Shown in pieces: positions 10,557 to 19,472 of a stretch of 64,000 nt of DNA. The stretch spans positions 2,592,001-2,656,000 of the forward strand of contig OZ244937.1 of assembly GCA_965222075.1 (NCBI GenBank), in the 5' to 3' direction. Numbering within the stretch: the first letter of the stretch is position 1; each line of letters opens with the position of its first letter. The stretch is from Candidatus Latescibacterota bacterium (GTDB lineage Bacteria > Latescibacterota > UBA2968 > GCA-2709665). The position numbers and the translations under genes are program-made. Below the pieces are notes generated by a model. That model ran no database searches and had not been told where the DNA came from. It saw only the letters and a program-made list of their open reading frames with translations.

Positions 10557-11093
10557 TTACTTGGGAATCAGGATAATCACGACGTTGCGCCCTTCATCCC
10601 GCAGCGGCGTCTCTGGGGTTCCGACCTCCTTGAGGTCTTCTTCCACCCGTTTCAACAACGCCCGCCCCTGTTCCCGATACATATTCTGGCGACCCCGGAA
10701 TTCCACCGATACCTTCACCTTGTGACGCTGCTTCAGGAAATTCTCGGCGTGTTTCATCTTGAACTCATAATCGTGGTCGCTGATCATCGGTCCAAGCCGG
10801 ATCTCCTTGAGCTGCGAACCGCTCTTCTTTCCCTTTCTGGCCTTCTTGCTCTGCTCGTATCGGTACTTTCCATAATTCATAATACGGCAGACAGGCGGCC
10901 GGGCATTCGGCGCAACCTCCACCAGATCCAGGTCTTGCGCTTCGGCCATTTCCAGAGCCTGCTTCGTCTCTACAATACCGAGTTGCTCGCCCGACTCGGA
11001 AATCAGCCGAACCTGATGGATCCGGATCTGTTCGTTGACCCGGGATGTATTCTCCTGCCTGCGCTCTCTGAAACCTCTGGAACCTCGATTGAT
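10557..11093 (-). CDS. infC: translation initiation factor IF-3 (probable AUC start)
   Basis: RVNEQIR...VRLI...DLVEVAPNARPPVCRIMNYGKY; SD GGAGGTG precedes an in-frame ATC at 11093. Confidence 0.95.
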   Translation of the reverse strand: MNRGSRGFRERRQENTSRVNEQIRIHQVRLISESGEQLGIVETKQALEMAEAQDLDLVEVAPNARPPVCRIMNYGKYRYEQSKKARKGKKSGSQLKEIRLGPMISDHDYEFKMKHAENFLKQRHKVKVSVEFRGRQNMYREQGRALLKRVEEDLKEVGTPETPLRDEGRNVVIILIPK

Positions 11094-11179
11094 ACGATCA
11101 CCTCCAGCGTGAAACCCAGAGCACGCGACAGGCCGCCCGCTGCCCCGGGACGATAGATGGCTTCCTCTCTGCACACTCC

Positions 11180-13123
11180 TTACGACATCTTCTTTTCCTG
11201 GATCTCCTGCTGCATTTTGGCCGTCACATCTTCCAAAGACAACTTTCCCAGGTCTCCTTCCCCGTGTCGGCGCACCGAAACCGTTCCTCCTCCGACCTCC
11301 TGTTTGCCCACAATCAGCATATAGGGAATCTTCTGAACCTCTGCCTCTCGGATCTTATAACCCAGTTTGGCGTCCTGATCGTCCACCTCTGCACGGATGC
11401 CCGCCGCCTTAAGGCGCCGCGCCACCTCGGCAGCATAATCCGAAAACGGGTCGGAAACCGGCAGCACAATCGCCTGCACCGGCGCCAGCCACAGCGGGAA
11501 GTTGCCCGCATAGTGCTCGATCAACACCCCGAAAAACCGCTCCATCGACCCCAGCAGCGCCCGGTGGATCATATAGGGGCGGTGGTGCTTGCCGTCCTGA
11601 CCCACAAAACTCAGGTCGAACCTCTCGGGCAGGTTGAAATCGAACTGGATCGTGGTGCACTGCCACTCCCTGTCTAAGGCATCGTTAATCTTCACATCGA
11701 TCTTCGGCCCGTAAAACGCGCCGCCGCCCTCATCCACCCGGTAGGGCAGCTTCTGCGAGTCCACCGCCCGCCGCAGGGCATCGGTCGCCCGGTCCCAATC
11801 TTGAGGGTCTCCTACGTAGTCTTCCGGCCGTGTAGAGATATACACGTTAAAATCCTCAAACCCGAAAGATCTCAGGATGTAGAGCGTGAAGTCGATCACG
11901 CGGACGATTTCATCCTCTACCTGGTCCGGTCGGCAGAAAATGTGCGCATCGTCCTGCGTGAACCCACGCACCCGCATCAGCCCGTGGAGCACCCCCGCGC
12001 GCTCATACCGGTAGACCGTGCCCAGCTCCGCCCAGCGGAAGGGAAGCTCCCGGTAGCTCCGCAGCCGATTCTTGTAGATCATGCTGTGAAACGGGCAGTT
12101 CATCGGCTTGGCAAAGTACTCCTGCCCATCGATATCCATCGGGGCGTACATATTCTCCCGGAAGAAATCCAGGTGCCCGCTGGTCTGCCACAGCCTGGAC
12201 CGCCCGACATGGGGCGATCCGACCAGTTCATACCCACCCTCGTAGTGGGCCCCGCGCCAGAAGTCTTCTATCTCGTTCCGTATCCGGGCGCCTTTGGGGT
12301 GCCACAGCGCCAGCCCGGGACCGACGGTATCGCTGATCGAAAAGAGATCCAGCTGCGCTCCCAGCATCCGGTGGTCCCGCTGTCTGACCCCTTCCAGCCG
12401 TTCCAGATAGGCCTTCAGATCCTTTTTATCCGGAAACGAAATCCCGTAGATCCGCTGCAGCATCTTGTTGGATTCGTCTCCACGCCAGTACGCCCCAGAA
12501 GAACTCAACAGCTTGACCGCCTTGATCCGCCCTGTGCCCGGCACGTGGGGACCCCGGCAGAGGTCGCACCACTTATCCGCATTCCGGTAGATGCTGATCG
12601 TCTCGTCCGGCCCGATATCCTCTAAGATCTCCAGCTTGTAAGGCTCGTCCAGATCCGAAAAAATCTTCACCGCCTCATCCCGGGACGCCTCCACCCGTTC
12701 AAAGGGCTGGTCTTCTCGAATGATCTCCTGCATTCGGCCCTCGATCCCTTCCAGATCCTCCGGCGTAAAAGGCTCGTCCCGGTCGAAATCGTAGTAAAAC
12801 CCATTTTCGATCGGAGGGCCGATGGTTACCTTCGTATCCGGGAAAAGGTCCTGCACGGCCTGCGCCATAATGTGGGCCGTGCTGTGCCAGTAGACCTCCT
12901 TACCCCCGTCGCTGGCAAAGGTCAGAAGCTCGACTTCAGCATCTTCCCACAGCGGATAACTCAGGTCAACCGCTTCCCCATCCACCCTCCCGGCCAGGGC
13001 CGCACGCGCAAGCCCCGCACCGATCGATTCGGCGACCTCTAAAAGGGTGGCGCCTGTGGGGAAGTCTTTTTGAGACCTATCAGGCAGTGTAACGGCAATG
13101 CAACCGTTCTTCTCTTCTGACAT
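11180..13123 (-). CDS. thrS: threonine--tRNA ligase
   Basis: TGS domain, WHSTAH, DLCRGPH, KPMNCPFH, RVRGFTQDDAH, FYGPKID. Confidence 0.98.
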   Translation of the reverse strand: MSEEKNGCIAVTLPDRSQKDFPTGATLLEVAESIGAGLARAALAGRVDGEAVDLSYPLWEDAEVELLTFASDGGKEVYWHSTAHIMAQAVQDLFPDTKVTIGPPIENGFYYDFDRDEPFTPEDLEGIEGRMQEIIREDQPFERVEASRDEAVKIFSDLDEPYKLEILEDIGPDETISIYRNADKWCDLCRGPHVPGTGRIKAVKLLSSSGAYWRGDESNKMLQRIYGISFPDKKDLKAYLERLEGVRQRDHRMLGAQLDLFSISDTVGPGLALWHPKGARIRNEIEDFWRGAHYEGGYELVGSPHVGRSRLWQTSGHLDFFRENMYAPMDIDGQEYFAKPMNCPFHSMIYKNRLRSYRELPFRWAELGTVYRYERAGVLHGLMRVRGFTQDDAHIFCRPDQVEDEIVRVIDFTLYILRSFGFEDFNVYISTRPEDYVGDPQDWDRATDALRRAVDSQKLPYRVDEGGGAFYGPKIDVKINDALDREWQCTTIQFDFNLPERFDLSFVGQDGKHHRPYMIHRALLGSMERFFGVLIEHYAGNFPLWLAPVQAIVLPVSDPFSDYAAEVARRLKAAGIRAEVDDQDAKLGYKIREAEVQKIPYMLIVGKQEVGGGTVSVRRHGEGDLGKLSLEDVTAKMQQEIQEKKMS

Positions 13124-13269
13124 TTTAAAACCCTGAACCTCAACGAAAACAAAAAAACGCGCCACCTGCCATCTGCGCGCCCAATTCAGCAAAGCATCAG
13201 GTGGCATTCATCCGTCCCTTTGGCTCTCCTCGCAAATGGGTTAAGAGGGAATTGGACCTAAAGTTAGGT

Positions 13270-13298
13270 TAATTTATACTATATATCGTATATTGTCA
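13270..13298 (-). promoter_or_regulatory. sigma70-type promoter for thrS
   Basis: TTGACA-17 nt-TAAATT on the minus strand. Confidence 0.6.
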
Positions 13299-13389
13299 AG
13301 CGAAAACTCCAGACCAGGTGCCGTCCAAAAACAGCGTATAAAAAGAAAAATAAAAGGCTCCTGCCTCCCCTCTCTCATCCCTTTTCCTT

Positions 13390-14196
13390 TCAACCTCCCA
13401 AGAGATAGAACGTCTCAACCGGATACGCCATTTTACGCACAGAGACCTTCAGATCATCCACCATACGGTCCATCAAAGCGTCATAGTGCTGCGCCATCCC
13501 CTTCTCCCTTCCACCCAGCGTCCGGGCGGGAAAAGAGACCACCACATAATCCGCCCGCAATCGCCTCAGTAAATCCCCCGTGGCCCCCTTCATCTGCTGC
13601 TCCAAACAGGGGACTGACTTGAACAGGAAGACCACATCCGCTTCCAGGTCCGGCCCCGACACCAGAATATCCCTGCAAACCGCCCCCGGATCGTGCCCCA
13701 CGCATCTGAAAAAATCGTTGGCCGCGCAGACCAGCCGGTGGTCAATGTCGTACGCCACGTATCGGGCCGCCCGGTCCAACTCCATCCAGAGCAGCGCAAA
13801 AGGATTCAGCCCGCAGGCCAGGTCCAGGAGGGTGCGCGGCTGCCCGATCTCCTCGAACAGATCCCGGTAAAACCCGGCCATGATAGGCAGGCGCTCCGCC
13901 GTTGAAGCATGGCACTGAAGAATCTCATAACAGGCCGCCCGCAGGTCGGCGTCCGGCAGGGAAGGAGAAAGCCTGCCCAGCAGTTCCTCCACCCGGGCAA
14001 ACTGAAAAGCATCGAAATACGCGCCGTAAACCTGGTGCAGCTTCCGTTTTGCCGCCCTCACCGCCGTCTTGCCGTTCGGATGGCGGCGCCCTGCCCAGTC
14101 GGCCACACGGTAGAGCGTATCCTCACACAGGTGCCGGTACTTCCTGGCCTGCCTCAGCCGGTCCACAACCTCCTGACAAAAATCGCTGTGTGTCAA
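13390..14196 (-). CDS. Rmt/ArmA/Sgm (FmrO) family 16S rRNA m7G1405 methyltransferase homologue
   Basis: AKRKLHQVYGAY, HASTAERLP, LDLACGLNP, YDID, FKSVPCLEQQ, VVSFPARTLGGREKGM..Y and terminal ETFY match the family. Confidence 0.85.
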   Translation of the reverse strand: MTHSDFCQEVVDRLRQARKYRHLCEDTLYRVADWAGRRHPNGKTAVRAAKRKLHQVYGAYFDAFQFARVEELLGRLSPSLPDADLRAACYEILQCHASTAERLPIMAGFYRDLFEEIGQPRTLLDLACGLNPFALLWMELDRAARYVAYDIDHRLVCAANDFFRCVGHDPGAVCRDILVSGPDLEADVVFLFKSVPCLEQQMKGATGDLLRRLRADYVVVSFPARTLGGREKGMAQHYDALMDRMVDDLKVSVRKMAYPVETFYLLGG

Positions 14197-15329
14197 AGCG
14201 GAAGCCCCTTACCCGGCCGGTCCAGGGCTCGAAGACGGTCTATCAGGTTGCCGTAAAACTTGAGATTGTGTATCGTCGCAAGCCGGTGCGCAGAGGCGTC
14301 GTTAACCTCGAAGAGGTGATGCAGATAAGCCCGGGTATACCGCCTGCAGAACAGACAGTCGCAGCGCTCGTCAATCGGCAGCCGATCCCTGGCATACCGC
14401 TCGTCCCCGATGTAGAGATACCGGTAGAACGCCCTGCCCTCTAAGCCGCTCGTCTCCAGCGCATCGTTTAAAACGTAGAGCCGCTTCTGGCGGGCGTCAC
14501 GCGTCGGGATCGTGCAGTCGAACGTATCGTACCCCATCCCGAACGCCTCCACCAGATTTTCCGGTTTGCCGATCCCCAGCGCATGTTTGGACAACGCTTC
14601 GGGAATCAACTCGGCCACATACCCCACCCCGTCCACCAGCATCCCTTCCAAATCGATTGGCCACCCGCCATACCCGTACCCGTCGAACCCGATCTCTAAC
14701 AGCGCGTCGGCGCATCGTTTTCGAAGGTCGGGATTTTCTCCGCCCTGGACAATACCGTAAAGCAGAGGCCGTTTTCCCCCCAGTGCCCCCTTCTCCACCT
14801 GGCGATCGTATTCCACCTTGCATCTGCGGGCCCATTCAATCGTGTGTTCAACGCTCTCCACCTGTGCCGTCTCAGGCTCATTGGGATGGGTGCAGTGATC
14901 CAGGCAGAACATCAGATCCGCCCCTATACTAAACTGTTTCTGGATGCACTTTTCGGGCGTCAGCACCCGCCGCTTCTGCTTTTTTCCCAGCCGGTACGTG
15001 AACCCCCGGCTGGAAATGCGGCCCCCTCCGGGATCTTCCGCAACCAGTGAAAAAACCTGAAACCCGCCCGAATCCGCGGCCACCGGACCGTCCCATCCCA
15101 TAAATCGGTGGATGCCACCCAAACTTGAGACCAAAGAAATCCCCGGATGGGACGAAAGGTGCAAGGTGTTCACCATCACCCCCCCCACGCCGCAGGCTGC
15201 CAGATCGACCGAATCCAGCGTTCGCACCACCCCCCGCGTGCCGTCCGGCAAAAACGCGGGCAGCCTGAGTTCCCCGCGGCCCGTCTGCAAAACCTTCACC
15301 CCATCGGCCTCCTTCTCCTCAGAACGCAT
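14193..15329 (-). CDS. tRNA-guanine transglycosylase family protein (divergent TGT paralogue)
   Basis: DSGGFQVFSL, LDHC, GIVQGG, FDCTIPTR, Zn site CDCLFC...HNL; pocket loop GGWPID is atypical; start uncertain (15299-15374). Confidence 0.85.
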   Translation of the reverse strand: MRSEEKEADGVKVLQTGRGELRLPAFLPDGTRGVVRTLDSVDLAACGVGGVMVNTLHLSSHPGISLVSSLGGIHRFMGWDGPVAADSGGFQVFSLVAEDPGGGRISSRGFTYRLGKKQKRRVLTPEKCIQKQFSIGADLMFCLDHCTHPNEPETAQVESVEHTIEWARRCKVEYDRQVEKGALGGKRPLLYGIVQGGENPDLRKRCADALLEIGFDGYGYGGWPIDLEGMLVDGVGYVAELIPEALSKHALGIGKPENLVEAFGMGYDTFDCTIPTRDARQKRLYVLNDALETSGLEGRAFYRYLYIGDERYARDRLPIDERCDCLFCRRYTRAYLHHLFEVNDASAHRLATIHNLKFYGNLIDRLRALDRPGKGLPL

Positions 15330-15384
15330 CCAGCCCCAGCCCTCCCGGATCCGCCACCACATCCACGGCCGCAACCAGATCCAC

Positions 15385-16038
15385 TTAAGGCAAATGCAGC
15401 ATCCGGTGAATCCGGCACGACAGCCGCCAGTTGGGGTGCCGCGTCAAAATCTCCAGCGCCTTGTGAATATACTCTGACCTGCTCGACTCCGGCTGCAGGT
15501 AGATATACTCGGCCCGGTCTTCTTCGACCATATCCTCCCGAAACGTCTTCCCCACCACGTACTTCAACTCCGTAATCCGCGTCAACCCCGCTGCAATCGT
15601 CCGCCGCTTGGGCGACACCGTCCAGTGCTCGATCAGTTCATAAAGCGCCGGGGCCGGATCGATCGTCCCGTTCGTTTCAATATGCAGCCGGTAGCCTGCA
15701 TCCTTCAACGACCCGCAGAGCGGAATAATATTCTGCCCCAGCGGCTCCCCTCCCGTCAAACAGACCCACTCCACCGTATGCCGCCCCACCTCCTCCAAGA
15801 CCTGTTCGACCGACATCTCCACATAGGAATCGAACTCCGTATCGCAGAAAAAACAGCGCAGATTGCACTTGGCGAGCCGTACGAAGGTTGTGGGCTGCCC
15901 CACCCGAAGCCCTTCCCCTTCGATCGAGTAAAAAATCTCATTGACCTGTAAGACCCGTCCCTCCTCCCGCCAGACCGGCATCCGATCCGCGGGGGCAGGG
16001 GGAATCCCTTCCAGGCTATCGAGCTCGCGTTCCGACAC
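15385..16038 (-). CDS. queE: 7-carboxy-7-deazaguanine synthase QueE (radical SAM)
   Basis: EIFYSIEGEG...FVRLAKCNLRCFFCDT, TGGEP, HIETNG, TVSPK, YLQP; start uncertain (16038 GTG or 15981 ATG). Confidence 0.85.
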   Translation of the reverse strand: MSERELDSLEGIPPAPADRMPVWREEGRVLQVNEIFYSIEGEGLRVGQPTTFVRLAKCNLRCFFCDTEFDSYVEMSVEQVLEEVGRHTVEWVCLTGGEPLGQNIIPLCGSLKDAGYRLHIETNGTIDPAPALYELIEHWTVSPKRRTIAAGLTRITELKYVVGKTFREDMVEEDRAEYIYLQPESSRSEYIHKALEILTRHPNWRLSCRIHRMLHLP

Positions 16039-16071
16039 CAAAGTGCTCCTCATCCAGGTGGCCAGTGACCC

Positions 16072-16106
16072 ACCTGCCTGCAGCGCAGAGCACTGCGCAG
16101 GCAGGT
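16072..16106. repeat. REP-like palindrome, copy 1
   Basis: ACCTGCCTGC-AGCGCAGAGCACTGC-GCAGGCAGGT; its reverse complement matches 53956-53990 at 31 of 35 positions. Confidence 0.7.
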
Positions 16107-16282
16107 CCCTCCCTGTGAAATATACTACCCATTCGCTGCATCCGCAAGAACAAGCCCTTGAAATTTCTTGACAACGCCTCCTGGAGTCAAGAAATTGTAG
16201 CAATCAACCGTCTCCAAAACGGAACGGCCCTGGTCTCCATTCTCCCGTATCTGACAATCCGCCTTCAAAAAGGAGATCCCCA

Positions 16283-17074
16283 ATGCACCCCTTCGAAGCC
16301 CTCAAAGTACCCCAGGGCAGCGTCGGCATCCACTGGTTCGGACAGAGTTCCTTCGCCCTTAAAAACACCTCGGACCCCATCGTCCAGGTCGACCCCTACT
16401 TTCCCAGGGAGCGTCCCGCCGACCGGTTCATCCACGCCCAGCCCCCGCTGGATGAGGCAGCGCTCAAAACCGACTTCGTCCTCCTCACCCACAACCACGG
16501 AGACCACACCTGCGTCGAGTCCCTCCGCCGCATCCACGCCGCCTTCCCCGAAGCCCGCTACATCGGCCCTCCCGAAAGCGTGGCGAACATGCTGGAGAAC
16601 GACATCCCCGAGGGCCTCCTCACAACCGTCACGGCCGGAGAGTCTGCCTCTCTGGGCCCCATAACCGCCCACGCCGTCTGGTCCAAACCCATGGAAGGCG
16701 TGCCGGAAGAGGAGATCAAGCCCCCCGACGTCCAGCACCTCGGCTACGTTGTCGAAGCCGGGCCGGTACACGTCTTCATCTCCGGAGACCCCATCAACAC
16801 CATTGCCGACCACGACGAACTCCTTCAACCTATTGCCTTCCTCCAGCCCAACATCGGCCTGCTCACCACCCACCCGGACGAAGGCGAATTCCCCTTCTTC
16901 GCCGGATCGATCGAAACCGCCCTGAAACTCGGCCTGGAGGCGGCGGTGCCGGCCCACTACGACTGTTTCGTCACCCGCACCTACGACCCCAACAAATGGG
17001 CCGCCATGTTTCCGGAGATCGGCCCTCAACCAATCATCATCCCGTACAACGACTCAATCGTCTACCCGGGTTGA
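16283..17074 (+). CDS. MBL-fold metallo-hydrolase (UlaG-like)
   Basis: WFGQSSF, VDPY, THNHGDH, ISGD, VPAHYD. Confidence 0.85.
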   Translation: MHPFEALKVPQGSVGIHWFGQSSFALKNTSDPIVQVDPYFPRERPADRFIHAQPPLDEAALKTDFVLLTHNHGDHTCVESLRRIHAAFPEARYIGPPESVANMLENDIPEGLLTTVTAGESASLGPITAHAVWSKPMEGVPEEEIKPPDVQHLGYVVEAGPVHVFISGDPINTIADHDELLQPIAFLQPNIGLLTTHPDEGEFPFFAGSIETALKLGLEAAVPAHYDCFVTRTYDPNKWAAMFPEIGPQPIIIPYNDSIVYPG

Positions 17075-17128
17075 CCTCTTCCCTTCCAGCGAAATAATCG
17101 ACGCAAATCAAATTAAAGAAAGGACAAT

Positions 17129-17815
17129 GTGCAAATCCGGAAACACCACGCCGTCATTTTCGATGTGGACGGCCTCATCATAGATACTGAAGAACTCTAC
17201 TGGAAAACGTTCAACAAAACCCTCGGCGATTACGGCTTCTCGCTCACCCGGAGAGAATACACCGTCTGCGTGGGGCACCCGGTGGAAGACAACTGCCGGT
17301 ATGCCGTTGATCGCTATCATCTTGAAACCTCGCCCGGGGCCTTCTGCAAAATCTGGATGGCGCGGTTTGAGCGGGCCATCTCCGATCCGGAAAAGATCGC
17401 CCTCATGCCCGGCTTCCTGGACCTGTTGGCACACGTCAGGCGCAAACCCTACCGCCTCGGTATTGCCTCTGCCACGCAGCGCTCCCGCATGGAAAAGACC
17501 CTCCGAAACGGTTTGCTTTCCCGCCTGGAAGGCCTCTCTTCCCTGAATGAAATCTTCACGGCCATGCTCTCCGGCAGCGACATTGAACGGCCCAAGCCCG
17601 CTCCTGACATCTACCTCCTGACCGCAGAACGCCTCGGCGTATCCCCCAAAACATGCCTGGCTTTGGAAGACAGCGAAGCCGGCGTCCGGTCTGCGAAGGC
17701 TGCGGGCATGGCCGTCATCGCCGTCCCCAACCTCTTCACCGCCCACCAGGACCACAGCGCGGCCGATGCTGTACTGGCGCATCTGATGGATGCGGTGAAG
17801 GAAGGGCATGTGTGA
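17129..17815 (+). CDS. HAD family phosphatase (beta-PGM/CbbY-like)
   Basis: FDVDGLIIDTE, KPAPDIY, LEDSEAG. Confidence 0.9.
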   Translation: MQIRKHHAVIFDVDGLIIDTEELYWKTFNKTLGDYGFSLTRREYTVCVGHPVEDNCRYAVDRYHLETSPGAFCKIWMARFERAISDPEKIALMPGFLDLLAHVRRKPYRLGIASATQRSRMEKTLRNGLLSRLEGLSSLNEIFTAMLSGSDIERPKPAPDIYLLTAERLGVSPKTCLALEDSEAGVRSAKAAGMAVIAVPNLFTAHQDHSAADAVLAHLMDAVKEGHV

Positions 17816-17950
17816 CAAGCAACTTATGTTCTCTCTTCCACAAATGACCTCTCAACGCCCTCAGGCGTGAGGAGCCTGCAACGATCCTACCCGGAGCACC
17901 CGCGTTCTGGACTTCCACAAGGCCAAATTTGAAATTTTTTCAAAACCACC

Positions 17951-18676
17951 TCATGCATACGCTTCCGCATCATCCTCCGGTTCGTAGCCAAGCTCCTCAC
18001 GCGCGTTCTGGAGGTCCCAGTAGGCCCGGGTATTGTTGGAAATCCCGAAGTAGACCCCGAACCCCACCGACTCGGCCTCAATGCTTCGCCACACAAGCTG
18101 CACCGTATCCCGGTGGCTCAGCCAGGAGGAGAGAATCCGGTCGCCCTTCCGGTTGATTACCGCCTCGGCCGGTTGAAAGGACCCGATGCGGAGGCAGATC
18201 ACGGACAGCCCGAAGGCGTCCACGTAGTACCTCCCCAGGTCCTCTCCGAATGCCTTGCTCACCCCGTAGTAACTGTCCGGCCGCGCCGGCATCTCCGGCG
18301 TCGTATAAACCCCGTTCTTTTCGTAGTACCCGATCACGTGGTTGGTGCTGGCGAACACCACCCGGTTCACCCCGGTCCTCCGGGCAGCCTCATAAATATT
18401 GTACGTCCCCCGGATATTTGTCTCCAGCACCTCCTCGAACGACGCCCCCCCGGACGGATTGCCGGCCATGTGCACCACCGCATCAACCCCGTTCACGGCC
18501 TCGACCATCCGGTCCAGGTCGGTAATGCTGGCAACGCAGACCTCTTCTCCCGGCGCGCCCGGCAGCACGGTGTTGTGATACAGCAGCCTCAGATCGTAGC
18601 GCTCTTTCAACCCCTCTCGCAGCACCTGTCCGATCCTTCCGGCTGCGCCGGTAATCAACACCTTTTTATGGCACAT
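17951..18676 (-). CDS. NAD-dependent epimerase/dehydrogenase (uronate dehydrogenase-like)
   Basis: TGAAGRIG, ASTNHVIG, YGVSKAFGE, LRIGSF, WLSHRD. Confidence 0.85.
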   Translation of the reverse strand: MCHKKVLITGAAGRIGQVLREGLKERYDLRLLYHNTVLPGAPGEEVCVASITDLDRMVEAVNGVDAVVHMAGNPSGGASFEEVLETNIRGTYNIYEAARRTGVNRVVFASTNHVIGYYEKNGVYTTPEMPARPDSYYGVSKAFGEDLGRYYVDAFGLSVICLRIGSFQPAEAVINRKGDRILSSWLSHRDTVQLVWRSIEAESVGFGVYFGISNNTRAYWDLQNAREELGYEPEDDAEAYA

Positions 18677-18713
18677 ACCCCTTCCTTTCACCGCATGGAT
18701 GAAGTGTCATATC

Positions 18714-19472
18714 CTATCCTTTTACAGTAAGAATACGCTCTGCGTTCCCACCCAGGACCGCCGTCGCGTCCTCGTCGGACAGATCGGTCACAACGCGGGA
18801 CAGCGCGGCGTAGGGAATGAACAGAGGGGCATGGGACCCGAAAAGGAGCTTCTCTCTCAACCCATCCTCTACCAGCACCTTCAACGCATCCATCCCATCG
18901 GCCTGGGACACGTCGGCATAGAGGTTGGGCAACCCCAGCAGCCGGTCTCCGAGCGCCCGGATTTCGGCCGTCCTCGGCCCCCCGATGACCACCGTCAAAC
19001 CGGGATGCCGTTCAGCAGCATCTGCGACCTCGGCCGCAGCGACGTCGGGCACCTGCGCCAAGGGGTGCTGCCGCCTGGGGTCTTCCAGGCGCGTCTGCAC
19101 AATAACCGCCAGCCCCTCCCGTGACAGGGCCTGGAGGAGACCATCGGCGTCGGCAAGCGCGTAGGGCGAATAGGCGGGCAGCAGCCGGACCAGTCTGACC
19201 CGCAGTTCCCGAACCGCCCGGTTCAGTTCGTCCCGCCAGGTCGCCACGGTGGGGTCCAGCACGGGCACCGGCCAGATGTTGTCGGTGGTGCCGGCCGCCC
19301 GGTAAAGCGCGCCGTTGAAGCGGTGGGGGTTGCGGCACCAGGCCGCTTCTAAGGGCGAGATGCAGATCCGGTCCACCCCGTATTCCTGGAGCGAAGCCCG
19401 TACGCTGTTGAGGTCTCCGACCACCGGGTGCGAGGGCCAGTATCCTGTAAATGCGTTCAGGTCGATAATCAT
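18714..19472 (-). CDS. amidohydrolase family protein (degenerate metal site)
   Basis: IDLNAF in place of DxHxH, LLFGSHAP, GGNAERI; ATGA overlap with the upstream gene. Confidence 0.7.
   Translation of the reverse strand: MIIDLNAFTGYWPSHPVVGDLNSVRASLQEYGVDRICISPLEAAWCRNPHRFNGALYRAAGTTDNIWPVPVLDPTVATWRDELNRAVRELRVRLVRLLPAYSPYALADADGLLQALSREGLAVIVQTRLEDPRRQHPLAQVPDVAAAEVADAAERHPGLTVVIGGPRTAEIRALGDRLLGLPNLYADVSQADGMDALKVLVEDGLREKLLFGSHAPLFIPYAALSRVVTDLSDEDATAVLGGNAERILTVKG

Noticed and set aside
13124-13265. T-box riboswitch upstream of thrS
   Set aside because: No GGTGG.ACC T-box sequence, and the leader is too short
14193-16038. dpd-type DNA 7-deazaguanine modification island
   Set aside because: The protein keeps the tRNA-type TGT Zn site, and no dpdB-K-like genes are nearby
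16040-16110. Possible preQ1 riboswitch upstream of queE
   Set aside because: No preQ1 consensus; the hairpin is a dispersed repeat also present at 53956
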